Origin: Dehalococcoidia bacterium
GTDB taxonomy: Bacteria > Chloroflexota > Dehalococcoidia > UBA6926
Direction of reading: 5' to 3'
NCBI GenBank assembly: GCA_965247995.1
Contig: OZ252041.1
Location: 1,218,444-1,282,443, forward strand
Length of the DNA stretch: 64,000 nucleotides
The position numbers were made by a program, and so were the translations under genes. The notes beneath the pieces are model-generated. The model saw only the letters and a program-made list of their open reading frames with translations, made no database searches and was not told where the DNA came from. Positions within the stretch are counted from its first letter, which is position 1. Each line of letters opens with the position of its first letter. This document shows positions 10,754 through 22,431 of this stretch, one piece after another.

Positions 10754-11125
10754 ATGTTGATCTCACGGGTCCCCTGGGGCCGAGCCGTGTCGGCCTTGTT
10801 CATCGTTGGGGCAGCCATTGTGGCCACGGGTGGCATGGTGTTTGCGCAAGATGCGACCTCGGCGGAAGCCACTGTAGCGGCCGCCAAAGGAGCGACCGAG
10901 CAAGCGGAATCCTTGCGGCAGATTGCGGCTGGACTGGCAATGGGGCTTGGCGCGATCGGACCGGGTATCGGTGTTGGTATCGCCGTTTCAGGTGCGTTGC
11001 AAGCGCTTGGGCGGAACCCAGAAGCCCAGGGTGCGATTCAAACGAACATGATCGTCGGTGTTGCGTTCGCTGAAGCGATCGCGATCTACGCGTTGGTCGT
11101 GGCGATCCTGATCAAGTTCGTGTAA
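10754..11125 (+). CDS. atpE: F0F1 ATP synthase subunit c with N-terminal signal-like extension
   Basis: C-terminal c-subunit hairpin GLGAIGPGIGVG...AEAIAIYALVVA; SD GGGAGGGAG before ATG 10754. Confidence 0.85.
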   Translation: MLISRVPWGRAVSALFIVGAAIVATGGMVFAQDATSAEATVAAAKGATEQAESLRQIAAGLAMGLGAIGPGIGVGIAVSGALQALGRNPEAQGAIQTNMIVGVAFAEAIAIYALVVAILIKFV

Positions 11126-11156
11126 GCGGCGGTTCGCTAGGAACAGGAGATCGAGC

Positions 11157-11666
11157 GTGGAAGCCATCGGTATCAATCTGCCGGGGCTGATCGCCCAGTT
11201 CGTTAACTTTGGGCTGCTACTGCTCCTCTTGGGGGTCCTTGCCTATCGTCCGGTGCTGCGCATCCTCGATCAGCGCGCTGAGCGGATCCGCGAATCGCTG
11301 GAAGCGGCGGAGCGCGCCCGGCAGGAATCGGCACGGAGCGAGGAAGAGGTGCAACGGGCGCTCGGCGAGGCACGCGAACGGGCGCAGCAGATCGTCCAGC
11401 AAGCGCAAGAACTCGGCCAACGAATGGAGGCGGACGCCCGCGACGGAGCGCGCACGGAAGCGGAAGTGCTGATCGCCCGTGCGCGGGATGAGATTCAACG
11501 AGAACGAGATGACGCGGTCGAGCAGGTACGGAAGGAGTTCGCCGATCTGGCGATCCTTGCTGCGGAACGGGTGATCAATCAGTCACTCGACACGTCGTCG
11601 CACCGTTCATTGGTCGAAGAAGTACTGCAGGACGCACAATCGCCGCCCGCTGGCGGAGGCAACTGA
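11157..11666 (+). CDS. atpF: F0F1 ATP synthase subunit b
   Basis: Single N-terminal TM then long charged helix; GTG start after GGAACAGGAGA. Confidence 0.85.
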   Translation: MEAIGINLPGLIAQFVNFGLLLLLLGVLAYRPVLRILDQRAERIRESLEAAERARQESARSEEEVQRALGEARERAQQIVQQAQELGQRMEADARDGARTEAEVLIARARDEIQRERDDAVEQVRKEFADLAILAAERVINQSLDTSSHRSLVEEVLQDAQSPPAGGGN

Positions 11667-11669
11667 GCC

Positions 11670-12215
11670 ATGCCGTCAACAGGTTCGGCGCGACGGTACG
11701 CACGGGCGGTCTTTGAGATCGCTCGTGACAACGACACATTCGATCGATGGAGCGAGGACCTGGATGCTGTAGCGGCAGTACTTGAACTCCCGGAAACGCA
11801 GGGATTTTTGACGGCCTCCCGAGTGTCAGACGAACAGAAGCAACGGCTATTGGACGAGCACCTCAGCGACGTGAGTCGTGAAGCTAGGAACTTGGTGGCC
11901 GTACTGGTCCGGCGCGGACGCGCGCACTTGGCGCGCGGCATCGACGAGGCATACCGGGACATGCTCGATGAGCACCGTGGCATCGTTTCTGCGACGGTGA
12001 CAACAGCGGTACCGCTTGCCGATGACCTCCGCGACGGCGTTGAGTCCAGTCTTAGGGACCGGATGGGCGGTCGGGACCTCCGACTCGTCTCGACGGTCGA
12101 TGAGAACATCCTGGGTGGCATGGTGGCGCGCGTAGGTGATCAGGTGATCGACGGAAGCGTCCGGACGCGCCTCAGGCACATGCGTAACTGGTTGCGGGAC
12201 GAGGCAACCTCGTAG
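11670..12215 (+). CDS. atpH: F0F1 ATP synthase subunit delta
   Basis: OSCP-like, operon position. Confidence 0.85.
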   Translation: MPSTGSARRYARAVFEIARDNDTFDRWSEDLDAVAAVLELPETQGFLTASRVSDEQKQRLLDEHLSDVSREARNLVAVLVRRGRAHLARGIDEAYRDMLDEHRGIVSATVTTAVPLADDLRDGVESSLRDRMGGRDLRLVSTVDENILGGMVARVGDQVIDGSVRTRLRHMRNWLRDEATS

Positions 12216-12293
12216 TCGGAACGAATAGTAGAGAACCCGAAAGCCCGCGGCAGTTCGGTCCGCCGAACCCCAAGCGGACGAGGAGAACAGGCG

Positions 12294-13805
12294 ATGGCGG
12301 TTCAGGGTCAAGACATAGCGTCAATCATCCGGCGGCAGATCGAGGAATTCGGGGCGACGGTCGAGGCGGTCGACGTTGGGACCGTGATCCAAACGGGTGA
12401 CGGGATCGCGACGGTCCACGGTCTCACGGGCGTCCGGTACGGCGAGTTGGTCGAGTTCGACACCGGCGCCACTGGGATGGCGCTGAACCTGGAAGAGGAG
12501 ACCGTCGGCCTAGTGATCCTGGGGGACCCCGAGGGGATCAAGGAGGGCACTGAGGTCCGGACGACCGGCAGGATCGCCGAAGTTCCCGTGGGCGATGCCC
12601 TCGTTGGTCGGGTGATCGACTCGCTCGGTAATCCACTTGATGGCAAAGGGGCTATCAACACTGCGAGGACGCGGCCGATCGAACGGGTTGCGCCCGACGT
12701 CTCCGTGCGAGCGGGCGTCGACACCCCAGTACAAACGGGACTGAAAGCCGTCGACGCGATGATCCCGATTGGGCGCGGACAGCGAGAGCTGATCATCGGC
12801 GACCGGTCCACAGGGAAGACGGCGGTCGCGATCGACACGATCATCAACCAGCGTGGCGGTGACCTCCTCTGCATCTACGTCGCCATTGGCCAGAAGGCAT
12901 CCAAGGTGGCGCAACTCGTTGCGACGCTGGAGCAGGCAGGCGCGATGGAGCACACCGTTGTTGTGGCGGCGAACTCGTCCGACCCGGCACCGATGCAGTA
13001 CTTGGCCCCATATGCGGGTTGCGCGATCGGCGAAGAATTCATGGAGCAGGGGAAGGATGCCCTGATCGTCTATGACGACCTCTCCAAGCATGCGTGGGCA
13101 TACCGGCAGATCTCACTCTTGCTCCGCCGACCACCAGGGCGGGAGGCGTATCCCGGCGACGTGTTCTATCTGCATAGCCGCCTGCTCGAGCGGGCGGCCC
13201 GAATGGATGAGGTCCATGGGAGCGGTTCGCTCACAGCGCTCCCGATCATCGAGACTCAAGCTGGAGACGTATCCGCCTACATCCCGACCAACGTGATCTC
13301 GATCACGGACGGGCAGATCTATCTCGAGACCGACCTCTTCAACGCCGGCATACGGCCAGCGGTGAACGCAGGGTTGTCCGTCTCCCGAGTCGGCGGTGCT
13401 GCCCAAACGCGCGGCATCCGAAGGGTTGCCGGAAGGCTGCGGCTTGACTTGGCGCAATACCGGAACCTGCAGGCGTTCGCGCAGTTCGGCGCCCAAGACC
13501 TGGACCCGGCCACACGTCGGCAGTTGGAGCGCGGCCAAGTCCTGACGGAACTGCTCAAACAGCGCCAATACGAGCCAGTCCCCGTTGAAAAGGAGGTCGT
13601 CATCCTCTTCGCCGCGACGAACGGCTATATGGATAGCATTCCAATGGACAGAGTGAGCGCGTACGAAAGCGCGCTGTTCACGCTTATCGAAGCCAGCCAT
13701 CCGCAGATCCTCGAATCGATCCGGAACGAGAAGGACATCACTGAGGAAATCGATGTTTCCCTTCGAGGCGCGCTCGACGAGTTCGCGCAATCCGGGGCGT
13801 TCTAA
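12294..13805 (+). CDS. atpA: F0F1 ATP synthase subunit alpha
   Basis: GDRSTGKT Walker A, 503 aa highly conserved. Confidence 0.95.
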   Translation: MAVQGQDIASIIRRQIEEFGATVEAVDVGTVIQTGDGIATVHGLTGVRYGELVEFDTGATGMALNLEEETVGLVILGDPEGIKEGTEVRTTGRIAEVPVGDALVGRVIDSLGNPLDGKGAINTARTRPIERVAPDVSVRAGVDTPVQTGLKAVDAMIPIGRGQRELIIGDRSTGKTAVAIDTIINQRGGDLLCIYVAIGQKASKVAQLVATLEQAGAMEHTVVVAANSSDPAPMQYLAPYAGCAIGEEFMEQGKDALIVYDDLSKHAWAYRQISLLLRRPPGREAYPGDVFYLHSRLLERAARMDEVHGSGSLTALPIIETQAGDVSAYIPTNVISITDGQIYLETDLFNAGIRPAVNAGLSVSRVGGAAQTRGIRRVAGRLRLDLAQYRNLQAFAQFGAQDLDPATRRQLERGQVLTELLKQRQYEPVPVEKEVVILFAATNGYMDSIPMDRVSAYESALFTLIEASHPQILESIRNEKDITEEIDVSLRGALDEFAQSGAF

Positions 13806-13841
13806 GAAGAGCGCGTCGCACCCACTACGGACCAAGACGGC

Positions 13842-14723
13842 ATGCCAAGCACAAGAGAAATACGACGCAGAATCCGGGGTGTGCAAAGCACGGCCCGGAT
13901 CACGAAGGCGATGGAGTTGATCGCAGCGGCGAAGATGCGCCGCGCGCAACAGCGTGTGTTGGCGTCCCGGCCGTACGCCACCAAACTGGTGGACTTCTTG
14001 GGTGACCTGGTCGCTCGGCAATCCGGGACGGATATGAGTGACCTGCACCCTCTGATGGAAGTGCGGGAGGCAAATGCCGTTGGGATCATCTTGGTGACCC
14101 CCGACAGAGGTTTGTGCGGGGGCTTGAATGCGAACCTGATCCGCACTGCGACCCGGTTTAGCGCCGACCAGACTGCTCCTGCTTCCTGGGTGGCGGTCGG
14201 GCGTAAGGGCCGGGACTTTCTGACCCGCTACGGACGAGACGTCAAGGCTGAATTCACGGGGCTCGGCGATTTCCCTGATGCTCTGAGTACGGCGCCGATC
14301 GCGACGGTCGCCATGCAGGACTACATCGAGCATGCCGTCGATCGCGTCTACCTGGTGTTCGCGGATTACGTGAGCGTTGCCATCCAACGTCCCACCGTGC
14401 GGCAACTCCTGCCGATTCAACCGCCGTCGGAGACCGGAGAAGCGGTCACGGCGCTGCCCTCCGACTATGAGTACGAACCGGACCCCACCACGGTGCTCGA
14501 TAGCCTGTTGCCCCGTTACGTCGAGATGCTGGTATATCAGGCGACCTTGGAGAATGTGGCTTCCGAGCAGTCGGCTCGAATGGTCGCAATGCGGAACGCG
14601 ACGGACAGCGCCGAGGAGATGATCTCGGACCTGAGCTTGGTCTACAACAAGGCACGGCAAGAAACGATCACCAAAGAACTGCTGGACCTGGTGGGCGGAG
14701 TGGCCGCTCTAGAGAACGCGTGA
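13842..14723 (+). CDS. atpG: F0F1 ATP synthase subunit gamma
   Basis: IRRRIRGVQSTARITKAMELIAAAKMRRAQ N-terminal helix typical of gamma. Confidence 0.9.
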   Translation: MPSTREIRRRIRGVQSTARITKAMELIAAAKMRRAQQRVLASRPYATKLVDFLGDLVARQSGTDMSDLHPLMEVREANAVGIILVTPDRGLCGGLNANLIRTATRFSADQTAPASWVAVGRKGRDFLTRYGRDVKAEFTGLGDFPDALSTAPIATVAMQDYIEHAVDRVYLVFADYVSVAIQRPTVRQLLPIQPPSETGEAVTALPSDYEYEPDPTTVLDSLLPRYVEMLVYQATLENVASEQSARMVAMRNATDSAEEMISDLSLVYNKARQETITKELLDLVGGVAALENA

Positions 14724-15463
14724 TGACGAGCGCTCCGACGCTAGTTGACGCTGTCGTTCGCACATCGGGAAACGATGGCCAGATTCGGGCAGGGATCACC
14801 GGGGTGATCCTTGACCTCGATGGAGTACTGGCTGATACCGAGACACAGTTCTTCCGGGCCGTGAATGAGATTCTCGCTCGAGAGGGATTGACTGCGCTTC
14901 GGGATGCCGAGGCGGTTCGGCTTGTTGGGCTAGACAACGAAACGTTGTGGACCCGCCTTTGCGAGATTCGCCCCTTGCGGTTGGCGCTTGGCGAGTACAC
15001 CAGTTGGGTGGATGCGGTAGCGCAGGACCTCTACGCGCGGGACCTTGCTCCGGCTGAAGGGGCGATCGAACTGCTGGCCCGAATCAGAACCGAGCATTTG
15101 CCGCTCGGGCTCGCGACTTCGGCGGAGGCCGCTTGGGTCGACAACCGGCTCGGCGTCCTGGGGTTAACGGGGGCATTTGACGTGATCGTGACTGGAGACA
15201 CGGTCCGACACACGAAGCCACACCCGGAGATCTATCTCACCGCTGCCGCGAATCTAGGTGTGACACCGGGAGACGTGCTGGCCGTCGAGGACTCTCCGAC
15301 GGGGATCTCGTCAGCGAAGGCGGCCGGTGTGTTCGTCGCGGCGTTACGGACCCGATGGTCCAAGCATATGGACCTGTCTGCTGCTGACGCCGTCGTCGAC
15401 TCCCTGCATGACATCGCATTCGACAGGCCCATCGCAGGTCGCACCGAATTGGCGGCCGGTTAG
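14720..15463 (+). CDS. HAD-IA family hydrolase (beta-phosphoglucomutase-like) inserted in atp operon
   Basis: Motif I VILDLDGVLADTE, motif IV VEDSPTGI; start overlaps atpG stop. Confidence 0.75.
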   Translation: MMTSAPTLVDAVVRTSGNDGQIRAGITGVILDLDGVLADTETQFFRAVNEILAREGLTALRDAEAVRLVGLDNETLWTRLCEIRPLRLALGEYTSWVDAVAQDLYARDLAPAEGAIELLARIRTEHLPLGLATSAEAAWVDNRLGVLGLTGAFDVIVTGDTVRHTKPHPEIYLTAAANLGVTPGDVLAVEDSPTGISSAKAAGVFVAALRTRWSKHMDLSAADAVVDSLHDIAFDRPIAGRTELAAG

Positions 15464-15478
15464 CGAGGTGGCATTGCG

Positions 15479-16168
15479 ATGACCACAAACGCATCCGGCA
15501 TCGTGTTCGACTTGGACGGCGTGTTGATCGATACGGAGCCGATCTATCTGGAGACCATCAACCTGGTGCTCGGGGGCCATGGCGTCGGCCCTCTTTCGGC
15601 CCAGGAGTATCAAGCGTTCATCGGCAAGCACGCGGATTTCACGTGGCCAACTCTTAAAGAACGGTATGGACTCAGCGGGTCTCAGGCGACATTGAAGGCA
15701 ACGTATGACGACCTCCTGGCGAGGGTGCTGCCCGCACGTCTTCGACTCCGCCCTGATGCGGAGTCCATGCTCGCCGCGGTGGCGGAACGGGGCATTAAAC
15801 GAGCGGTGGCAACTTCTTCTCGGCGCAAGTGGTTGGAATTGAAGATCAACACGCTTGGCTTGGAGTCGTTCTTTGCCGCGGTGGTAAGCGCCGAGGAGGT
15901 GGGAAGGTTCAAGCCCGAACCCGATGTCTATCTCGTCGCCGCGGAACGGGCAGGCATAAACCCGGTTGATGCCATAGCAATCGAAGACTCCCCTTCGGGG
16001 ATCACGTCGGCCAAGCGAGCGGGTATGAGGGTCTTCGCGTTACGAACAGAATCGACTGCGGGCCTCGATCTCTCCGAGGCCGACCATGTTGTTGAGAATC
16101 TCACGGAGATCGACCTGGGCGCCCTGTTCGGCGCCGGTGATCGTGGACACGTGCCCAGCGTTGTATGA
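15479..16168 (+). CDS. HAD-IA family hydrolase, paralog of previous
   Basis: Motif I IVFDLDGVLIDTE, motif IV IEDSPSGI. Confidence 0.75.
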   Translation: MTTNASGIVFDLDGVLIDTEPIYLETINLVLGGHGVGPLSAQEYQAFIGKHADFTWPTLKERYGLSGSQATLKATYDDLLARVLPARLRLRPDAESMLAAVAERGIKRAVATSSRRKWLELKINTLGLESFFAAVVSAEEVGRFKPEPDVYLVAAERAGINPVDAIAIEDSPSGITSAKRAGMRVFALRTESTAGLDLSEADHVVENLTEIDLGALFGAGDRGHVPSVV

Positions 16169-17575
<1,407 letters not shown>

Positions 17576-17582
17576 CCCAACG

Positions 17583-18032
17583 ATGCCCACACACCTGCAG
17601 GTCATAGCACTCGACGGTATCACCTATGAGGATGACGTAGATCTTGTCGTGCTGCCTGGAATCGATGGTCAATTGGGTGTACTGCCGCGCCACGCCCCGA
17701 TCGTGACCGCCCTACAAGCCGGCGAGATTCTGGCACGCAAGGCGGGCGAAGAGGTGTCGATGTTGGTCAGCGGAGGGTTCGCTCAAGTGTCCCCTGAGGC
17801 CGTCGTAGTCCTTGCGGACGCGGCTGAACGCGCTGAGGAGATCGACGTCGAACGGGCGCAGGCCGCGCGTGATCGGGCCCAAGAGCGGATGTCTGATCGG
17901 TCCGCGATCACGGAGACCGATGCCGCCAGAGCAGCCGCCTCGCTTGCCAGGTCTCTGATGCGGTTGAAGGTAGCCGAGAGAGGTGCTCGGCGCCGCGGTT
18001 CTGGAACGCCGCCCGTATCGAGTCCGAACTAA
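17583..18032 (+). CDS. atpC: F0F1 ATP synthase subunit epsilon
   Basis: MPTHLQVIALDG beta-sandwich N-term; start ATG 17583 (track ORF extended upstream in frame). Confidence 0.85.
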   Translation: MPTHLQVIALDGITYEDDVDLVVLPGIDGQLGVLPRHAPIVTALQAGEILARKAGEEVSMLVSGGFAQVSPEAVVVLADAAERAEEIDVERAQAARDRAQERMSDRSAITETDAARAAASLARSLMRLKVAERGARRRGSGTPPVSSPN

Positions 18033-18060
18033 CCGCTAACGCCTCGCGCCGGATACGAGG

Positions 18061-18735
18061 TTACGGGCGTGGCGCCCTTCCGTCCCTGGCGACCGCGGGT
18101 TGTTCCGGGTGCCGTTGGTCCGTCAAATGGAACGTCATCGTCTGGAGCGCCTGGACGGGGTCGATGGTCCTCACGCGCACGCCGGGAGGGACCCGTGGCG
18201 TAGCGGGTGCGTAGTTCACGATGGCGCGAATGCCCGCGTCGACCAACTGTCCGACCACTGTTTGGGCTTGTTCCCCGGGCACGGCGACGATTGCGATCTC
18301 AATGTCATGTTGGCGGACGTACTCGGGAACCTCGGTGAACGGCCGGACCTCGACGCCGGCGACCCAGTTGCCGACGATTTGAGGGTCAGTGTCGAAGGCG
18401 GCTTGGATATGGAACCCCTCCGGGGTGAATCCGGGATAGGTGACGATCGCCTGCCCGAGCCGCCCGACCCCGATCAGGATGACGGGCCACGAACGTTCGA
18501 GGCCCAAGATTCGAGTAAGGTCAAGGATAAGATGCGGCACGCTATATCCGCGACCCTGCTTCCCGAACCGGCCAAAGTAGCTAAGGTCTTTCCGAATCTG
18601 GGCCGGCGTGACGCTCAACGCCTCGCCGAGCTCCTGGGAGCTTACGACTTCGGTACCCTCATCACGCAGCACTCGGAGCGCCCGTAAGTAGTACGGCAAC
18701 CGCTGCACGACAACGTCCGGAATATCTGCCGGCAT
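18061..18735 (-). CDS. rex: Redox-sensing transcriptional repressor Rex
   Basis: Winged-helix N-term LPYYLRALR, Rossmann ILIGVGRLGQA; start at MPADIPD. Confidence 0.8.
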   Translation of the reverse strand: MPADIPDVVVQRLPYYLRALRVLRDEGTEVVSSQELGEALSVTPAQIRKDLSYFGRFGKQGRGYSVPHLILDLTRILGLERSWPVILIGVGRLGQAIVTYPGFTPEGFHIQAAFDTDPQIVGNWVAGVEVRPFTEVPEYVRQHDIEIAIVAVPGEQAQTVVGQLVDAGIRAIVNYAPATPRVPPGVRVRTIDPVQALQTMTFHLTDQRHPEQPAVARDGRAPRP

Positions 18736-18815
18736 CCGATCCCGCAGCCCCCACCCGTTCGCGGCGCCCGCGTGTGGGCGGCACCGCAGATCGAAAGCTG
18801 ATTGTAGGAATGGCA

Positions 18816-18833
18816 TTGTGAAGCCGTCAACAA
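18816..18833. promoter_or_regulatory. Rex-operator-like inverted repeat TTGTGAAGCCGTCAACAA upstream of rex
   Basis: Resembles TTGTGAA-N4-TTCACAA consensus (2 mismatches in right arm). Confidence 0.3.
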
Positions 18834-18933
18834 ATCGAGCCACCATCACCGGTCAGACGGAGCGGCTCCCAGCTTATGATCGGCCTATTGTGTATGCGAA
18901 AGGGAAGCCGACACCGGCGGAAACGGCAGCCCG

Positions 18934-19224
18934 ATGACTGTGGGCTATTGCCTGCTTCAGATGCGTGTGTACGGGAGCAGGTCGCTCAAGGAGAAGCGTG
19001 CCGTCGTCCGGTCCGTGACTCAGCGCGTCCGCACCCGGTTTAACGTGGCGGTTGCGGAGGTAGGCGGGCAGGAAACGTGGCAAGCAGTCGACCTTGGCAT
19101 CGCGTACGTGAGTGCGTCCGCGGGACACTGCCACGAGGTGTTGGAGAAGGCCGTGGAGTACATCCGCGAGTCGCGGACCGACGCCGAGCTACTGGACTAC
19201 TCCATCGAGATCATTGATCCATGA
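18934..19224 (+). CDS. DUF503 family protein (YlxP-like)
   Basis: 96-aa ORF resembling DUF503 family. Confidence 0.55.
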   Translation: MTVGYCLLQMRVYGSRSLKEKRAVVRSVTQRVRTRFNVAVAEVGGQETWQAVDLGIAYVSASAGHCHEVLEKAVEYIRESRTDAELLDYSIEIIDP

Positions 19225-19236
19225 GAGGGGGCGAGT

Positions 19237-19902
19237 ATGCCTATAGAACGGTTCAGCGTGGGCCCGATGGGGAACAACACGTACGTGCTCCATGACCTCG
19301 GCTCGAAGGAAGCCGTGATCGTCGATCCGAGCATGGATGCCGAGGGGGTCTTGGAGTGGGTGCGGGAGAAAGGGTTGACGGTGAACGCGATCGTGAACTC
19401 TCACGGGCATATGGACCACGTGTTCTCGAACGCGCTTTTCGTCCGCGAGACGGGAGCCAAGTTGTACATTCACCGGGGGGACGCGCCCATGCTCGCGGAG
19501 CTCCCGAAACAGGGCCGATGGACAGGTTCTGCGCCAGAAGCATCGCCGGAACCCGACGCCTTCCTGGACGATGGTCTTGAGATTCCGGTCGGTCCGGAGG
19601 CCTTGCGCGTGATCTCGACCCCTGGGCACACACCCGGGAGCGCGTGCTTTGTCTTGGAGGACGCCGTGATGACCGGAGACACATTGTTCCGCGGTTCGAT
19701 CGGTCGGTTCGATTTCCCGGGCGGCAACCTCGGTGATCTGATCTCATCGATCAAGACAAAGCTATTTGGCGTACTCCCGCCGGAAACACGGGTGCTTCCG
19801 GGACACAACGAGGTTTCAACGATCGGCGAAGAGATGCTCTCGAACCCGTTCGTCGGCGAGCGGGCGTCGGTAGACCTCCTGCGGCAGCAGCGAGACTCCT
19901 AG
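19237..19902 (+). CDS. MBL-fold metallo-hydrolase (glyoxalase II-like)
   Basis: HxHxDH motif NSHGHMDHV, downstream conserved H and D. Confidence 0.8.
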   Translation: MPIERFSVGPMGNNTYVLHDLGSKEAVIVDPSMDAEGVLEWVREKGLTVNAIVNSHGHMDHVFSNALFVRETGAKLYIHRGDAPMLAELPKQGRWTGSAPEASPEPDAFLDDGLEIPVGPEALRVISTPGHTPGSACFVLEDAVMTGDTLFRGSIGRFDFPGGNLGDLISSIKTKLFGVLPPETRVLPGHNEVSTIGEEMLSNPFVGERASVDLLRQQRDS

Positions 19903-19964
19903 AACAGCTGATTGACGGTGGGTGGCCACTTGGCCACCCGAGCTTGCAGGTCACCAGCGCGTCG

Positions 19965-20924
19965 CTATTCTGCCAGCGGGTCATCTAGCACGATCAGATC
20001 GTCGGCGCCCCTGGCTGACAGTGAGTCCAGCAGTTGCCGTCCGATCGTTCCAGGCGGCGTCTGTTTGCTCGATGTCATCGTCTCGCGGAGTATGGTTCGC
20101 CCATCGACCGAGGCCACTAGAGCCTCAACTGAGATCTGGTCCGACTCGATGTTGGCAAAGCACGCTAGCGGGGTCTTGCAGAACCCGCCAACAGCGGCGA
20201 GGAACGCGCGCTCCACTTCGGCGGCGATGCGCCCATCGACATCCTCGGCGGTTGAGGCAACCCGCATTGCGTCAGCGTCGTCATCGCGACATTCGATCCC
20301 GATAAAGCCCTGCCCAACGGCGGGAAGCATGACCGAGGGGCCCAGATATTCGGTAATGATATCGCTCCAACCGAGGCGGATGAGTCCGGCGGCGGCGAGG
20401 ACTGCGGCGTCTGCCTCGATCTCCCGCCCGTCGCCGGTGACCTTGCGGATACGCGTGTCGACGTTGCCACGAAGGAGAACAATGGTTAGGTCCGGCCTGA
20501 CGCCGAGGACCTGGGCAGCGCGGCGCACGCTGCCAGTCCCGACTCTGCTGCCCGGGGCTAGCCCGGCGAGGTTGGTCCCGTCCCGTGTGACAAGCGCGTC
20601 CCTCGCATCTCCACGCGGCATGACTGCCGCCAGGGAGTGGCCCGGCGGCAGTTGCGTAGGCAGGTCCTTCAGGCTATGCATTGCGAGGTCGATCTCACGG
20701 TTCGCCAATGCAATCTGCAACTCCTTGACGAACACGCCTTGACCCAAGTCTGGAATAGGGACCGACTGCTTGCGGTCTCCCGTCGTCCGGATGCCGATTA
20801 CCTCTAGCTGAGACTCGGGATCCTTCGAACGAACCGCCTCCATAAAAAGCTCAGTCTGAACGAGGGCCAAACGACTGGTGCGGGTCCCGACGCGAAGGAC
20901 GCGACCGGGTTCAGCGTTCGTCAT
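19965..20924 (-). CDS. hemC: Hydroxymethylbilane synthase (porphobilinogen deaminase)
   Basis: RVGTRTSRLALVQT N-terminus, AMHSLKD motif. Confidence 0.9.
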   Translation of the reverse strand: MTNAEPGRVLRVGTRTSRLALVQTELFMEAVRSKDPESQLEVIGIRTTGDRKQSVPIPDLGQGVFVKELQIALANREIDLAMHSLKDLPTQLPPGHSLAAVMPRGDARDALVTRDGTNLAGLAPGSRVGTGSVRRAAQVLGVRPDLTIVLLRGNVDTRIRKVTGDGREIEADAAVLAAAGLIRLGWSDIITEYLGPSVMLPAVGQGFIGIECRDDDADAMRVASTAEDVDGRIAAEVERAFLAAVGGFCKTPLACFANIESDQISVEALVASVDGRTILRETMTSSKQTPPGTIGRQLLDSLSARGADDLIVLDDPLAE

Positions 20925-22431
20925 CGCTCCTGACGCTCGTTGTCGCAGCGATCATCGCGTCGAGGATTCCGGATGTCGTATGGGAGGCGGCCTCCGCGAA
21001 GACCTCAAGTCCCGCGGACTGGGCTGCGCGCGTTGTCGTCGGACCTGAGGAGACGAAAGCAACATCACGGAGTTGGTCGGAGGAATCGCCGAGCGCGTGA
21101 ACCAGGTTCCGCACTGTGGAGGGGCTCGTGAGGACGATGGCATCCACGCCCAGCTCGATCGCCTCCTGGGCTCGGGCTCGTAACCCAGGTGCATCAATCG
21201 TCCGGTAGGACACCAGGGGCAACGGGAGTAGCCCGTGCGTCCGCAGTGTCCGCGGCAATTCGTCATCTGCCAAGTCTCCGCGGGGTAGCAGGACGGTTTC
21301 GCCTGCGTGCCCAGCAACCCCAATCGTGTTGCCGAGCGAGTGCGAATCAAAGCGGTCGGGCATGACTTCATGAATGAGTCCGTACCGACGCAGCGCTGAC
21401 GCTGTTGAGGGGCCGATTGCGCCAATGCGGACGCCGGCCAGGGTGCGCACGTCACGCCCGGTCTCCATCAGACGACGGAGGAAGAAGTCGACGCCGTTCG
21501 CGCTCGTGAAGGCTGCCCACTTGTGGTCTGTGATGCGCGGCAAGACGGCATCGACGGACGTCCAGTCGAGCGGCGCCACGAACGCGACCGCAGGGATATG
21601 GAAGACCTCTGCGCCTGCCCCCTCAAGTGCGGCGACCAGTTCCATCGCGCGTGACTCGCCCCGGAGGACGACTATGCGCTTCGCGGATAGTGGCCGCCGC
21701 TCGAACCAAGCAATGCGGTGACGCATCTCGACTACGGTTCCGACCACCAAAACGGCAGGGGCTGCCAGTCGGGCACGGGAAGCCACCTCGACGGTCGTGC
21801 TCAAGGTCGCCTCGATTGTGCGTTGACGGGCAGTTGTCCCACTCTCCACCAGGGCGACCGGCGTGTCATCTGGCCAACCTTCCCCCTGTAATGACGTCAC
21901 GACCTCGGGGAGCGCCTGGACACCCATGAGGACGATAACCGTTTCGGTTCGATCCTCGGCTGGTTGGTCAGCGCTCTCTCCCCGCTGACCGGTAAGGATA
22001 CGGACCGAAGAGGCGTAACGCCGGTCTGTCGCAGGGATGCCAGCGTATGCGGGTACCGCCAGTGCTGACGTGACACCTGGGACGATCTCGAACCTGACTC
22101 CTGCGGCGGCCAACGCCTCCGCTTCTTCCCCGCCTCGGCCGAAGAGGAACGGATCGCCCCCTTTGAGGCGCACGACAGTCCTTTCAGCGTGGGCATGTTG
22201 AATGAGCAGACGGTTGATCTCGTCCTGGGGCAAGGTGTTCTGCATTGTCGGTCCCTTGCCGACATACACGAGCTCGGCGGTCTGAGGCGCCTCAGCCAGA
22301 ATCGAGACGTTCACGAGCCGGTCATACACGACGACGTCCGCTCTCCGGAGGACGCGGAGTCCCTTGGCCGTGATGAGTCCCGGGTCACCGGGACCGGCCC
22401 CAACCAAATAGACGGCGCCAACCTCAGTCAC
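20911..22431 (-). CDS. cobA: Uroporphyrinogen-III C-methyltransferase / uroporphyrinogen-III synthase fusion
   Basis: N-terminal [13 protein letters not shown]...VRLKGGDP tetrapyrrole methylase motifs, C-terminal HemD-like half; GTG start overlapping upstream stop. Confidence 0.85.
   Translation of the reverse strand: MTEVGAVYLVGAGPGDPGLITAKGLRVLRRADVVVYDRLVNVSILAEAPQTAELVYVGKGPTMQNTLPQDEINRLLIQHAHAERTVVRLKGGDPFLFGRGGEEAEALAAAGVRFEIVPGVTSALAVPAYAGIPATDRRYASSVRILTGQRGESADQPAEDRTETVIVLMGVQALPEVVTSLQGEGWPDDTPVALVESGTTARQRTIEATLSTTVEVASRARLAAPAVLVVGTVVEMRHRIAWFERRPLSAKRIVVLRGESRAMELVAALEGAGAEVFHIPAVAFVAPLDWTSVDAVLPRITDHKWAAFTSANGVDFFLRRLMETGRDVRTLAGVRIGAIGPSTASALRRYGLIHEVMPDRFDSHSLGNTIGVAGHAGETVLLPRGDLADDELPRTLRTHGLLPLPLVSYRTIDAPGLRARAQEAIELGVDAIVLTSPSTVRNLVHALGDSSDQLRDVAFVSSGPTTTRAAQSAGLEVFAEAASHTTSGILDAMIAATTSVRSDDER

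Noticed and set aside
13113-14660. 515-aa antisense ORF opposite atpA/atpG, plus many other long antisense ORFs (e.g. 9799-10602, 4940-5725, 12510-13091, 27733-28953 N-terminal extension)
   Set aside because: High-GC genomes create long stop-free reverse frames. Each overlaps a highly conserved gene and has Arg/Pro/Ser-rich low-complexity translations.
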